From positions 111,166,001 to 111,230,000 of the forward strand of contig NC_135656.1 of NCBI RefSeq assembly GCF_964188315.1: a stretch of DNA of 64,000 nt, read 5' to 3'. The stretch's first letter is position 1, and the number at the start of each line of letters is the position of its first letter. This DNA comes from Podarcis muralis (lineage: Eukaryota). The notes below the pieces were generated by a model. That model was given only the letters and a program-made list of their open reading frames with translations, was not told where the DNA came from and searched no databases. Shown in pieces: positions 49,279 through 61,948 of the stretch. The translations under genes were made by a program, and so were the position numbers.

Positions 49279-50306
49279 GTAATTTTGTGGTAGTTTTATG
49301 GGAAGCAAAACTCTGGAGAGGGGAGACGATGGGAGGAGTCCCACTTTTAAATGAGAGATGGGGAGAGGAAAGTGTTTGCATTGCACCAGGTGAAAGGTGG
49401 AGAGGAAATGATGCAGTTTGGGGTTTTGGCGAGGTTTCCTGGAGGACTCCTAAGGAGAGGGGAAAGGGGAGAGGAGGCTGAGGGAACCCTCCACAAGGGA
49501 GGGTGTTCAAAAAGGGGTAAGAGGCTGCCAGCGCTGCAGGCAAGGGGTGACATAACTGAGCTCCAGAGGGAAGCTGCAGAAAAAATGTACAGTGGTACCT
49601 CAGGTTAAGAACTAAATTCGTTCTGGAGGTCCATTCTTAACCTGAAACTGTTCTTAACCTGAGGTACCACTTTAGCTAATGGGGCCTCCCACTGCCTCCG
49701 CATGATTTCTGTTTTCATCCTGAGGTAAAGTTCTTAACCCAAGGTACTATTTCTGCGTTAGCTGAGTCTGTAACCTGAAGCGTCTATAACCCAAGGTGCC
49801 ACTGTAGTTGCTCAAGGGAGCCGTGGACTCCAAAAGGTCGAAAACCTCTGGTGTAGACAATACTAAATTAGATTGCAGGGGGTTGGACTACCATGCCCTT
49901 TGGGGTCCCTTCCAATTCTGCGATTCTGTGATTATAACACTCAGCCTTGTTATATGGCTTCCTAGGTTTCTAATTAAAATGCTCATCTCAGTTTTCTGTG
50001 TTTCTTTCATCGTTCTTTTTTTTTTCATGAAACGACATACTTGCTATATGTATTATTATCTCGCTTTACGTTTCTCCACATTTTATTCCCCAAAAACAGA
50101 GCCGGCAAAGGAAACAATGAGCAAAGGTAAATATTAGCAGGAAAATGCAGCAGATGGGGGGACTCTTGATGGGTGAAGAAGGCTTAAATATCTATAATGA
50201 GGTTGCATCTGGCAGGTGGTTCCACACACCTTTCTTTCAGAAATGTCAAAGAACCTGACTGATAGAGGCAGACCAGAGTAGTGGCTCACAGAGATTGCAG
50301 ATGTGG

Positions 50307-50344
<38 letters not shown>

Positions 50345-52697
50345 ATGCCTATATTGACGTTCCTTCCAGTGGAACATAGGGAGGCAAACACCAAAGTAAA
50401 ATTAAACACCAACCACCACCACCACCAAATTAAAAAGAAAATAAAAACTATTTTAAAAAATAAGAAGAACATGAAAAAAAAACATTTTTGATGTTAAGAT
50501 CAATTAAAACATTTTTAAAAATTGCCAGCAGCCAGTCATTGCTCTTCTGCTTTAAATTGCCAATATAATCGCAGTTCTTCCAGACTTAATAGATTCCAAA
50601 CAACTTTCTGCAACCTTGTGAGCAGAATCTTCTCTTTCCATCTCCAGATGTTGTGAAGCGGGAAGTTTTCAATGGGACCATAATGTGAGGGGCAGTATCA
50701 AATTCTCCCTCCCCCTTTACTGCACGCTCAGCTATGATTCATCCTCCTCAGTCGCAATTGATGGGGTGGGGAGAAATTGGCTCAGCTGTGATGCTATTGA
50801 AAAGGGAAGGGTTAAAGTGATAGAGCTGATTTATAGGGAGGAGAGACAGACCTTAGATTCTCCATAAAAAAGTGACTTAACTAAGGGCTTATCCACATTT
50901 ATCTTTTGCCCCATGCTTCCTAGGCACAGGTTCTGCACTTAAAAGCTCTGCATCCGAGTATTTGTTTGTTTTGCCCTAGCGCTTTCCTCCTGAAAACCTG
51001 CTCTTTAGCGCTCAATCAGAGCAAACATCAATCAAACATCAATTCAAGTTTTCCCGCAGATTGCCATTTGCTCCGATTCAGCTTCAAAGAGCAGGTATTT
51101 GTGGGGAAATCTCTGGGGCCGAAGAAAGGGTGCCTGGAAAAAGTGGGATGGGGAGGCAAGTGTGGACAAGCCCTCAGTGTGACTGTTTTGCTTTAAATTC
51201 CCAGTGTGGAAGCTGAGGGAGGGTGTGAGCTGACCCCGTGATGTCCTCTGTTTTTTGTTGGTTGTTATGGGCATGCATTTTTGTGCTTTTATATTGTGAA
51301 CCGCCCTGTTATCTTCAGACAAAGGGTATAAGAATCAGCGAGAATGCTGACTGCTAAAAATTGGAAGGGAGAGAAAACCGCTACGAAGGAAGAATGGCAA
51401 ATTAAATTGTGTGAATACTTAGAACTAGCAAAAATGACAAAGGTAATCAGGAACCAATCAACCCAAAAATTGTTACAGATTGTATTTAGAAAAACACTGT
51501 TCCCAAACAAAATCCTTAATATGCTTTGACTACTACGCGGGTGGCACTGTGGTCTAAACCACAGAGCCCAGGGCTTGCCGATCAGAAGGTCGGCGGTTCG
51601 AATCCCCGCGACAGGGTGAGCACCTGTTGCTCGGTCCCTGCTCCTGCCCACCTAGCAGTTTGAAAGCACGTCAAGTGCAAGTAGATAAATAGGTACCACT
51701 CTGGTGGGAAGGTAAACGGCATTTCCGTGTGCTGTTCTGGCTTCGCCAGAAGCGGCTTAGTCATGCTGGCCACATGACCCAGAAGCTGTCTGCAGACAAA
51801 CGGCGGCTCCCTCGGCCAGTAAAGCGAGATGAGCGCCGCAACCCCAGAGTCGTCCGCTACTGAACCCAATGGTCAGGGGACCCTTTACCTTTACTTTTCT
51901 CAAAATAGATAACAATAGATAATGCATATTATGTACAATCAATGAATTAAAAGAAGAAAAGGGACAAAGTTAAAATGTAAAGAAGAAGTAAGGAGCCGCA
52001 ATGAGGTGTAGGGAAGTCACTCTTAAAGATTTTAAGACTTAATGTAGCAGTATTATTTGATGTTGAATTACTTTGGTTTTTTGTGTGTAGCTTATTACGT
52101 CTTGAATAACGAATGGAATAACTGTACTAATAAGCAAACTCAATAAAGGATATATCCAGAATATCCAGAATTTTGGGGCGAAGGGTTTTCCCTGGGGAGG
52201 AAGTGGGCCAAGCGGAAAACTGCTTTGACCCACGCTTTCTAGGTACGGGAACAGCGGAAGTGTGGGCGAGCCCCAAAAGGAGGGAGGAAAGGAACAAGTT
52301 CAGAAGCAGGCAGGGGAAGTGGAGGAGACGGCTCTGCGGGACTTGACATCTTTCCGCAGGGCCTGCAAGACAGAGCTGTTCCACCAGGCCTTTGGCCAGG
52401 GCACAGCCTGACCCCCTCCTTTGGCAATCCTTGTAGAACTCTGGCCCAGTGGTTGCCATTTGATTTTATAATATTGATTTTAGAATGCTGTGTTACTTTT
52501 ATTGCTGTTAGCTGCTCTGAGCCTGGCTCCGGCTGGGGAGGGCGGGATATAAATAAAAATTTATTATTATTATTAATTATTAGTATTATTATGGGGAGGC
52601 CCTAGTCACTCGGCAGCCACCAAGTTCAACCTTTTCTTTTTCTCTCTCTTTTTAACTCCGCTCACCTTCTTTCCTTTCTCTCTCTTTCCCCCTTCAG

Positions 52698-53233
52698 TGA
52701 ACGTGATTCTGGATCCCGACACAGCACACCCTTTCCTGGTTCTCTCGGAGGACCTGACCAGCGTGAGATGGGAAGACGGATATCGGGGCCTGCCCGAGAA
52801 CCCCAGGAGATTTGACAGGGAATTCTGCGTGCTGGGCTGCGAGAGATTTGTGTCGGGAAAACACTGGTGGGAGGTCGGGGTGGAAGAGGAGGAAGGGGCG
52901 ATGTGGGCCTTAGGGGTGGCGCGAGTTTCCCTCAGGAGGAAGGGGTGTTTCAGCTTCAGTCCGAAGGAAGGCATCTGGGCTGTGGGGAAGAGACCGCACG
53001 GCCTGCCTTGGCCTTGCCAGCTGTTTGCTTTAACTTCCCCTGAGTGGACTCCTTTGGCCTTGAGCCATGGGCCCAGGAAGATCCGGGTGTCCCTGGACTA
53101 TGAAGCGGGCCAGGTCCACTTTTTTGATGCCGATTCAGATGGCTTGATCTTTGCTTTCTCTTCAGCCTCCTTCTCTGGGGAGAGGATCCTGCCCTTTTTC
53201 CAGGTGGTCTCAGGGGTCACAATGAATTGCTGA
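52698..53233 (+). CDS. TRIM-C terminal exon: PRY/SPRY (B30.2) domain
   Basis: Phase-1 acceptor cccttcAG|TG; VILDPDTAHPFL…LPENPRRFD…GKHWWEV…KIRVSLDYEAG…ILPFF. The seven exons total 1422 nt = 473 aa plus stop. Confidence 0.93.
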
Positions 53234-53421
53234 ATCTTGAGGGGAATCCTCATTTACACCACACACAACACCATTAATGGAGGCCCTTTTGACTCCGATC
53301 ATTGGGGTGGGGAATCTGAGGCCCCTCCAGATGCTCCCATCATCCCTCATGCTGGCTAGGGGCTGGTGGGAACGATGACCAACATCTGCAGGGCCACAGG
53401 TTCCCCACCTCAGATCTATGC

Positions 53422-53759
53422 TGAAATATACTCGGAGTCGAGAGTGGATTTCATGCTCTTTATTCAACTCATAGTGGTGAGGAGGAATGGAAGTTCCCCC
53501 AGAATGTCTGCTTTATATACATTATTTACACAATGGGCCCCATGTGATTGGCTAATTCCGGGATTCACCTGTAGGCCAATTAGGTTGCGGATTCACTTCC
53601 ATCTGGAGCTGGATTGGGTGGCTCCTGTGGACCAATCAGACTGCTGCATTCTGAATCCTATTGTTCTAGGACCAATCAGACTGCTGTATTCTGAATCCTA
53701 TTGTTCTAGGACCAATCAGACTGCTGCCTTTTGGACCCTATTCAACTCAGTACATAACA
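53422..53759 (-). mobile_element. Solo LTR (338 bp) with internal tandem CCAAT-containing repeats
   Basis: TG…CA termini, 5-bp TSD TATGC, and about 2.5 copies of a ~40-bp unit containing ggaccaatcagactgctg. Confidence 0.85.
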
Positions 53760-55530
53760 TATGCTCAGAGCCAAGCAAGAGGCTACAGTCTGAGCCCCTC
53801 AGGGCAACACATTTATCGAGCATTCACCCTCATTTGCTTACATGAAGGTTTGGCTTTATCTAGTCTTTCCCGAATATTCCTCCCGCTTTGCTGGTGTGGC
53901 AGTTACACAGCGACAGACAGACGTTTGTTCTGCGTTCATCCACATCCTGGTTGGATGGGGTACAAAACCCCTTCATTGATTATTCGGATGAACACTTTAG
54001 TCTTAACCGATTGATATTTGCTGTATTTTTTGTCTTTAAACCTTTCACAAGTCGCTTTGTGGCTCTTTTGTTTCAAAAGGCGATGGATAAATAAATAAAT
54101 AAATCTCCTTACTTGCTTTCAGAGTGTATGCGTGCCTCCCTGTTATTAAGTCAGCCCACACTTTTTCATGCATTTCTTAGACACTTTCCAAACTGCAGGA
54201 AGTCAGGTTATTTTTTTCGTTAAGTGGGTTTGTTGCGTTGGGATAGGTGACCAGCTCCACTTTAAATGCTCAGGGGTAAGCAACCTAAGGCCCAGGCGCC
54301 AGATGCGGCCCAATCGCCTTCTCAATCCGGCCCACAGACGGTCCAGGAATCAGCGTGTTTTTACATGAGTAGAATGTGTGCTTTTATTTAAAATGCATCT
54401 CTGGGTTATTGGTGGGGCATAGGAATTCGTTCATTCCCCCCCCCCCCCCCAAAAAAAAAATATAGTCTGGCCCACCACATGATCTGAGGGACGGTGGACT
54501 GGCCCATGGCTGAAAAAGGTTGCTGCCCCCTGCTTTAAATGTTCAAACCTAAATTTCTGGTGCAAACTTACCACAAAATAGTGACTGTCTGGAGGCGCTT
54601 TTAGCCACTTCTGGGTATTTATTCATTTTATTTATTTCATAAAAGTTATACACCATGTGATTCTTTAAAAAGAGATCTTAGAATGGTTTACAAAAAGATT
54701 GAAACATAAAATATTGGTAAACACAGTTAAAAGCAGCAATTTAAAGAAACAAGATAAGGAAACAAGATAAATAAAGAGTTGTGTAAACTAATCATGGTCA
54801 ATGTAACAATTTCCTTCTAACTTCCTCCAGCCCATCTAGTCATAAAACAATTTGAAAACAAGTTTCCTAACATGTTCTAACTTCTATGTAACTTAGCATC
54901 CTAATATTTTGAAATAAAATGCACACTGTATAAACGTAAATAAATTAAAAATACTTTCCAGCTATCAACAGGTTAGAAGATAGGGACAAAACAAGAGGGC
55001 AAGAAAAACATACATTTAAAGAAGATTGGAAAACATTTATTGAGTATATGGGAAATAACTGTACAGCTGAAAACACTGGCAGCATTAAGATAAACTCAAC
55101 AGAGTAAATAATTCTTGATGGATGTAAAAGTGGAAAATTGATTTGAATGGTTATAGTAAAATATGCAGGGATTTGGATATGTAAAATGAACCATGGAAAG
55201 AAAAGAAGGGAAGTCACTGGATATTTTGAAGTTTGTAAAATGTTTATTAAATTATAAAGCAGAAAATTTAATAAAAGTTATTATATAAAAGAAGAAGAAG
55301 ATAGGGACAAAACTAGAATTAATGGGCTGTATGCCTTTCATTGCCTCTGACTCCATCATGTTACTTGGAACCTTGCGCTATTAATCTATAGTGTTTGATT
55401 TTGGTATGGAAATTTGTTCTAATGTGTTTAGTTCTGGCTATTCCATTTTACTTTTGTTTTAAGAACATAAGAAGAGACTCTCAGGCTAATGGCCCATCTA
55501 GTCCAGCATCCTGTTCTCACAGTAGTAGTA

Positions 55531-55572
<42 letters not shown>

Positions 55573-56691
55573 TTATTTATACCCCGCCCATCTCTGGGTG
55601 GCTCCCAACAGAATATTAAAAACACTATGAAACATCAAACATTAAAAATTTCCCTAAACAGGGCTGCTTTCAGATGTCTTCTAAAAGTCTGATACTTGTT
55701 TATTTCCTTGACATCTGGTGGGAGGGCGTTCCACAGGGAGGGTGCCACCACCGAGAAGGCCCTCTGCCTGGTTCCCTGTAACTTTGCTTCTCACAGTGGG
55801 GGAACCGCCAGAAGGACCTCAGAGCTGGACCTCATTGTCCAGGCAGAACGATGGGGGTGGAGACGCTCCTTCAAGTATACAGGACTGAGGCCATTTAGGG
55901 CTTTAAAGGTCAACACCAACACTTTGAATTATGCTTGGAAACTTTATACAGTGGTACATCGGGTTACATACACTTCAGGTTACATACGCTTCAGGTTACA
56001 GACTCTTCTAACCCAAAAATAGTGCTTCAGGTTAAGAACTTTGTTTCAGGATGAGAACAGAACCCGTGCTCCGGCAGCGCAGCTGCAGCAGGAGGCCCCA
56101 TGAGCTAAAGTGGGGCTTCAGGTTAAGAACAGTTTCAGGTTAAGAACGGATCTCCGGAACGAATTAAGTGCTTAACCCGAGGTACCACTGTAAAGTTCTC
56201 TCATGCTGCCTCTTGAGTGCCTTTCAACTAAAAAGTCCCAAACATTGCCGCCTTTCTTATTTTATTTATTTATTACACCACCTTAGCCTTCCAAGGATCA
56301 AAAGGTGGTGTACATGGTTCTCTTCCTCCCCATTTCATCTTCACAACAACCCTGTGAGGTAGGCTAGGCTAAGAGATGGCGACTGACCAGTGATCCCCTT
56401 GATCATTTTGATGGTCCTTTTCTGAACTTTTTCCCCCTTTCCTTTGACCTCAGTTATTATACGACGTTTATTATAAATAAATATNNNNNNNNNNNNNNNN
56501 NNNNNNNNNNNNNNNNNNNNNNNNNNNNNNNNNNNNNNNNNNNNNNNNNNNNNNNNNNNNNNNNNNNNNNNNNNNNNNNNNNNNNNNNNNNNNNNNNNNN
56601 NNNNNNNNNNNNNNNNNNNNNNNNNNNNNNNNNNNNNNNNNNNNNNNNNNNNNNNNNNNNNNNNNNNNNNNNNNNNNNNNNNNNNNNNNNN

Positions 56692-56931
56692 TATCTTCCC
56701 GTGTAAAAGTTGGGGTGTCTAGGCGACGTTTCGACGAGGTCTCACTCGTCATCTTCAGGCTGGTGCTTTCGGCTTCTTGTTACTGTTCCAGTAACAAGAA
56801 GCCGAAAGCACCAGCCTGAAGATGACGAGTGAGACCTCGTCGAAACGTCGCCTAGACACCCCAACTTTTACACGGGAAGATACCCGAGGACACCAAAACC
56901 TGCATTCCTGTACCCGTGAAAATCTACGAAA

Positions 56932-56935
<4 letters not shown>
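56692..56935. mobile_element. Penelope-like element end in inverted arrangement
   Basis: Perfect 94-bp inverted repeat (56692-56785 / 56789-56882) containing ctgaaga…gaaacgtc, followed by cccgtgaaaatctacgaa and (TA)n. Family assignment is from recalled motifs. Confidence 0.65.
56816..56849 (+). ncRNA. Candidate minimal hammerhead ribozyme core (mirror copy on the - strand at about 56725-56758)
   Basis: CUGAAGA, U, stem II GACGAG/CUCGUC, then GAA-ACGU-C (palindromic stem III, NUH = GUC). Stem I pairing is weak. Confidence 0.5.
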
Positions 56936-56983
<48 letters not shown>

Positions 56984-57608
56984 CATTTTAGAATATTCAT
57001 GTAAACAACCTTAAAATATCAATGTAATGAATTGGAAAAAAATGTTTAAAAGCACTTTTCAAAAACAAGCAAACTTCGAGTCCTTTTTGTTGGGGATAGT
57101 TCAGATGGAAATTCCCAGGTGTCGTTTAGCCCAAAAATGGAAAACGAGCAAGGTCCCAACTAAAGAAGAATGGCAACTTAAGCTGATGGAATACGTGCAG
57201 CTTGCAGATTTAATGTATAGAATAAGAGAACAAGAAGAACATACGTTTAAAGAAGATTGGAAAATGTTTACTGGATATATGGAGGAAAATTGTGTTTATT
57301 TGAAAACGTGGGCAGCTTTAAGATAAATTCAACAGTGTAAATAAGTTTTGATGGATGAAATAATGGAATGCTGAATGGTTCAGTTTAGTTAAGTAAAATA
57401 TGCAGGGATTTAGGTTATGCAAAATGAAACATGTATAGAGGAGAAGGGAAGTCATTGATATTTTAAGGCTCTCTCTATTTATTTTTAAGCTGCTTCTGCT
57501 CTGAAAGCGGCTCCTCCAGCTTCCACCGCGCGGTTTATTCTCGCAGGATCCTCCTCTGCTTTCCCCAGGGATCAACCCGCAAGGAAACGCCCAGGCAGCC
57601 TCGGAAGG

Positions 57609-57621
57609 GAGAAACGAAACT
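57609..57621 (+). promoter_or_regulatory. IRF-E/ISRE-like motif GAGAAACGAAACT upstream of the TRIM-D ATG
   Basis: Tandem GAAA half-sites ending in GAAACT, about 43 nt before the ATG, in the same relative position as the TRIM-C motif. Confidence 0.35.
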
Positions 57622-57664
57622 TAAAAAGAGGGTGTCTCTTAGGACTCTCCAGGGAGACGCAGCG

Positions 57665-58093
57665 ATGGCGGCCGTGCAAGGGCTCTGCGATGAAGTGACG
57701 TGCTCCGTCTGCCAGGACTACTTCAGAGACCCGGTGACTCTGGACTGCGGGCACAACTTTTGCCGCGCCTGCCTGGCGGGTCTCTGGGAAGGATCCGGCC
57801 CCGACTCTCCCTCCTGCTGCCCGGAGTGCAAAGAAGCCGTGCAGCCCAGGAACTTCAAGCCCAACCGGCAACTAGCCAACGTCGCGGAGCTGCTCAAGAA
57901 ACTCCAGGAGGGAGAAGGGGGAGGAAGGCGCGCATCAGGCGCGGGGCAGGGGCGCATGTGCCAAGCGCACCAGGAGCCGCTGAAGCTCTTCTGCAAGGAC
58001 GACGAAGCGCCCATCTGCGTGGTGTGCGACAGGTCCAAGGAGCACCGAGAGCACCGCGTGTGTCCCATGGAAGAGGCTTCCCAAGAGTACAAG
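57665..58093 (+). CDS. TRIM-D exon 1: RING (C3HC4) plus canonical B-box2
   Basis: gcgATGg; DEVTCSVCQDYFRDPVTLDCGHNFCRAC…CPEC; CQAH…CKDD…CVVC…HREH; donor aag|GTAGGG. Confidence 0.93.
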
Positions 58094-58186
58094 GTAGGGA
58101 AGTCACGGCGGTTGGGTGGGTATCTGCCGGGACCAGCGCCACGCGCTTTTACGCGCTGCGCAACGAGGCTCACTACTTGCGCGCAC

Positions 58187-58987
58187 TGTTGTTGTTTAGT
58201 CATTTAGTCGTGTCCGACTCTTCGTGACCCCATGGACCAGAGCACACCAGGCATTCCTGTCTTCCACTGCCTCCCACAGTTTGGTCAAACTCATGCTGGT
58301 AGCTTTGAGAACACTGTCCAACCATCTCGTCCTCTGTCGTCCCCTTCTCCTTGTGCCCTCCATCTTTCCCAACACCAGGGTCTTTTCCAGGGAGTCTTCT
58401 CTTCTCATGAGGTGGCCAAAGTATTGGAGCCTCAGCTTCAGGATCTGTCCTTCCAGTGAGCACTCAGGGCTGATTTCCTTAAGAATGGAGAGGTTTGATC
58501 TTCTTGCAGTCCATGGGACTCTCAAGAGTCTCCTCCAGCACCATAATTCAAAAGCATTAATTCTTCGGCGATCAGCCTTCTTTATGGTCCAGCTCTCACT
58601 TCCATACATCACTACTGGGAAAACCAGAGCTTTAACTATACGGACCTTTGTTGGCAAGGTGATGTCTCTGCTTTTTAAGATGCTGTCTAGGTTTGTCATT
58701 CCTTTCCTCCCAAGAAGCAGGCGTCTTTTAATTTCGGGACTGCTGTCACCATCTGCAGTGATCATGGAGCCCAAGAAAGTAAAATCTCTCACTGCCTCCA
58801 TTTCTTCCCCTTCTATTTGCCAGGAGGTGATGGGCCCAGTGGCCTTGATCTTTGTTTTTTTGATGTTGAGCTTCAGACCATATTTTGCGCTCTCGTCTTT
58901 CATCCTCATTAAAAGGTTCTTTAATTCCTCCTCACTTTCTGCCATCAAGGTTGTGTCATCCGCATATCTGAGGTTGTTGATATTCCT
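58187..58987 (-). mobile_element. BovB (RTE-clade) LINE, 5'-truncated
   Basis: RT C-terminus NINNLRYADDTTLMAESEEELK…GTRRRGRQRTRWLD and a (caa)n tail. Shorter copies at about 60153-60493, 59850-59925 and 10437-10510. Confidence 0.93.
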
Positions 58988-61171
58988 TAAACTATTGCCG
59001 TGAAAAATCGAACGTGGACAATAAAAAGAAAGCATTGCCAGAAACATACAAGATGCAACCCAAACAATCGCTGTCAAACGGCGTGCCTCTGAGCTGTGCG
59101 CCAGATATATGGGATCAAGCGCATGGGGTGGGGGACAGTGTGAAAGCTCGGATGGAGGGCACCTTCTCTTGTTTTCTTTTTTGGGTAGGGTTGCACCCCA
59201 GGAAGGTCGTCCGTGCTGCAAACGCAGCAAAAACAACGCGGGAGGCAGCGGACCGCTGTGAGTCACTGGTCTCTGTAGCTGCAGCAGGCATTGTGACTGA
59301 TTCTCCAGGCATGCTCCGTTGTCTCTCCAGGCAGACAAATGTATGGGTTTCCTAAGCTGTCTGTTGGCACCCGCGGCCCACAGGGCCCTGTGCCTCCTGA
59401 TTTTTTAAAAATGTCTTTTTAAAATGGCAGGATGCCCTGTAGCACTGACTTCCAGCTGCCAAGCCTTTAAATTCCCCTTCTCCGAAATAACCTGGGCAGA
59501 GGGGGCCTTCCAAGGAAGAGGGCAGGGCCGTTGGAGATTTGCTTTCTGGCTGCTTACTAAAAGACTCTTTTTCTAAGGGGGGGTGAGAAAGGGGATTCCA
59601 GTGATGCTTGGAGGGGTGGGGGGGACAGGGGAAGGGCAACCAGAGAGACCAGTGGTTGTGGCGTGGTTGTGGTGTGCGGCTATGGGTGGGCCAAATGACG
59701 TGAATCATTCAAAGGTTCTGCTTTTGAAGACTGGGGTGTGACTATTTTTGAGTTGGAAATTGGTTTCGATTTGACCTCCCCCCCCCCCCTTTAGCTATGC
59801 AGAATGCCAGAATAGGAACCCAGCTCCAGTTTAGGATTATGTTGTTGTTGTTGTTGTTTAGTCATGTCCGACTCTTCGTGACCCCATGGACCAGAGCACG
59901 CCAGGCACACCTGTCTTCCACTGCAAATTTCCAGGATTTCACACATCAGCAAAAGTAGCAAGCATCTTCACAAAGGGGAAGGTCTCCATGTGTTTCTGAA
60001 TTGAAGATTTCTTTAAAGATGAACATGGAAATAACTTTCAAATGTCTCCACATATATTGCATCATTATATCTGTGCTAATCTTGGGAAGTGTGAATTAGG
60101 AAGTGTGAATGCAAACCAGATCAAACTCAAAAAACACCAGAACTAGAAAGCATGTTGTTGTTGTTTAGTCGTTTAGTCGTGTCCGACTCTTCGTGACCCC
60201 ATGGACCAGAGCACGCCAGGCACTCCTGTCTTCCACTGCCTCCCGCAGTTTGGTCAAACTCATGCTGGTAGCTTCGAGAACACTGTCCAACCATCTCGTC
60301 CTCTGTCGTCCCCTTCTCCTTGTGCCCTCCATCTTTCCCGACATCAGAGTCTTTTCCAGGGAGTCTTCTCTTCTCATGAGGTGGCCAAAGTATTGGAGCC
60401 TCAGCTTCAGGATCTGTCCTTCCAGTGAGCACTCAGGGCTGATTTCCTTCAGAATGGAGAGGTTTGATCTTCTTGCAGTCCATGGGACTCTCAGGGAGCA
60501 AAGACAAAAAAAATCCTCTGCACCCCGTTCTATGGACCTGATTTGAGCCAAGATCCCTGGGATGCCAATTTGTGGGTCAAACTAGCACTCATGAAGATGG
60601 TGAGGGGACTCCCCAAAAACCTTAAGAGCTGCTTTGGGGAGGAATGGGGCGGGCATAAATGGGAAGGGGAGGATGGGTAAAATTGGGAGCTAAGGTTTGC
60701 AGAAGAAATGGCAGTTTCCAGAAAGGCAGAACCACCTGTGTGGTGTGTTGGTTTAGAGTGTTGGAGCAGGGCCAGGGTTCAAATTCCCACTCGCTTGTGA
60801 AACTCACTGGGTGACCTTGGGCCGGTCACTGCCTCTCAGCCTAGCCTGAGGTATCACAGGGCTGTTATTGGGATTAAATGAGGAGGATGGGGAGAACCAC
60901 GTATGCCAGCCAGAGCTTCTTTGGAAAAGAAGGTGGAATATAAATGCAATAAATAATAAATACATTAACCATTATTATTATTATTATTAATTAATTAAAT
61001 TTATATACCGACCTTCACCCAAAGATCTCAGGGCAGTTCAAAATATAAAAAACACAGAATAAAAGCACAAAATAAATAGCTGGAAGCAAAACAAAAAAAC
61101 ACCTCCCCCACAAACAGATTTAAATGGCCATAAATAAAAAAGCCATAAAATCATAAATCATAAAAGGCCAG

Positions 61172-61948
61172 TGTCAGGGGCTCAGGAGCAGAGGCACAGG
61201 GGAGAGAGGAAATGGAGAGCGAAGGGGAAGAATCTGAGGGCAGCGGAGGGCAGAATGACAGTGACCCGAGAGATTCCATAAGCCTCTCCAGTGAATCAGA
61301 AGATTCCCAGAAGGGGGCGCCGATGGCCAGGGCAAGGGGGGTCCCGGGGGGGACACACCAGAAGCAGGGGGCCAGCGGAGACTCCCAGAGCAGTAGCTGG
61401 AAATCAGGACCAGCTTCCCCACCAGAGCGTAGTGGGGGGGAAGAGCCCCATAGGTCAGAGTCAGGGTCTCCTCCGGAAGGCAGGGAGGAGGAGTCAGACC
61501 CAGCTAGCATCCCCGAAGAGGGAAGCAGCGACAGGAGCAGTATAACGGTCAGGAGGAAGGTGGCAGGCTGGGCGCGCGCGCCAAGTTCAAATGTACAGGC
61601 GCACGGGACAGCAGAAAGCACGGATTGGGAACCAGGTCCTAAAGCCCGCCGGAGGGAGGGGGAAGACTCAGGGGATTCAGCGTCAGAAGAGTCTAGGAAG
61701 GGCAAGACCTCGGCGGACAAGCGGACCCAGAGGAGGAGGGAGCAGAGGAAGAGGTGGAGCAAGGCTAGGGTCTTAAACTGGTGTCTGGGGGGAGGAGACT
61801 CAGACGGAGCTTCGGCGGTCTAGGGTTTAAGACGTAGAGCTGCGCGCCGTGGCTGTAAAAGAGAAACTGAACTTCAATAAAGACTATTTTATATAACAAC
61901 GGACTGGCGTTGGTTCTCTGTGAGCTGGGACCTGAGGCAGCTCTGACA
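61172..61948 (+). mobile_element. Solo LTR (777 bp) containing an intact 203-codon ORF
   Basis: TG…CA termini, 5-bp TSD GCCAG, AATAAA at 61876-61881; ATG 61212 to TAG 61823 lies inside. Confidence 0.85.

Noticed and set aside
58196-59338. 380-aa ORF on the - strand
   Set aside because: A BovB RT fragment fused by chance to unrelated upstream sequence; not a host gene.
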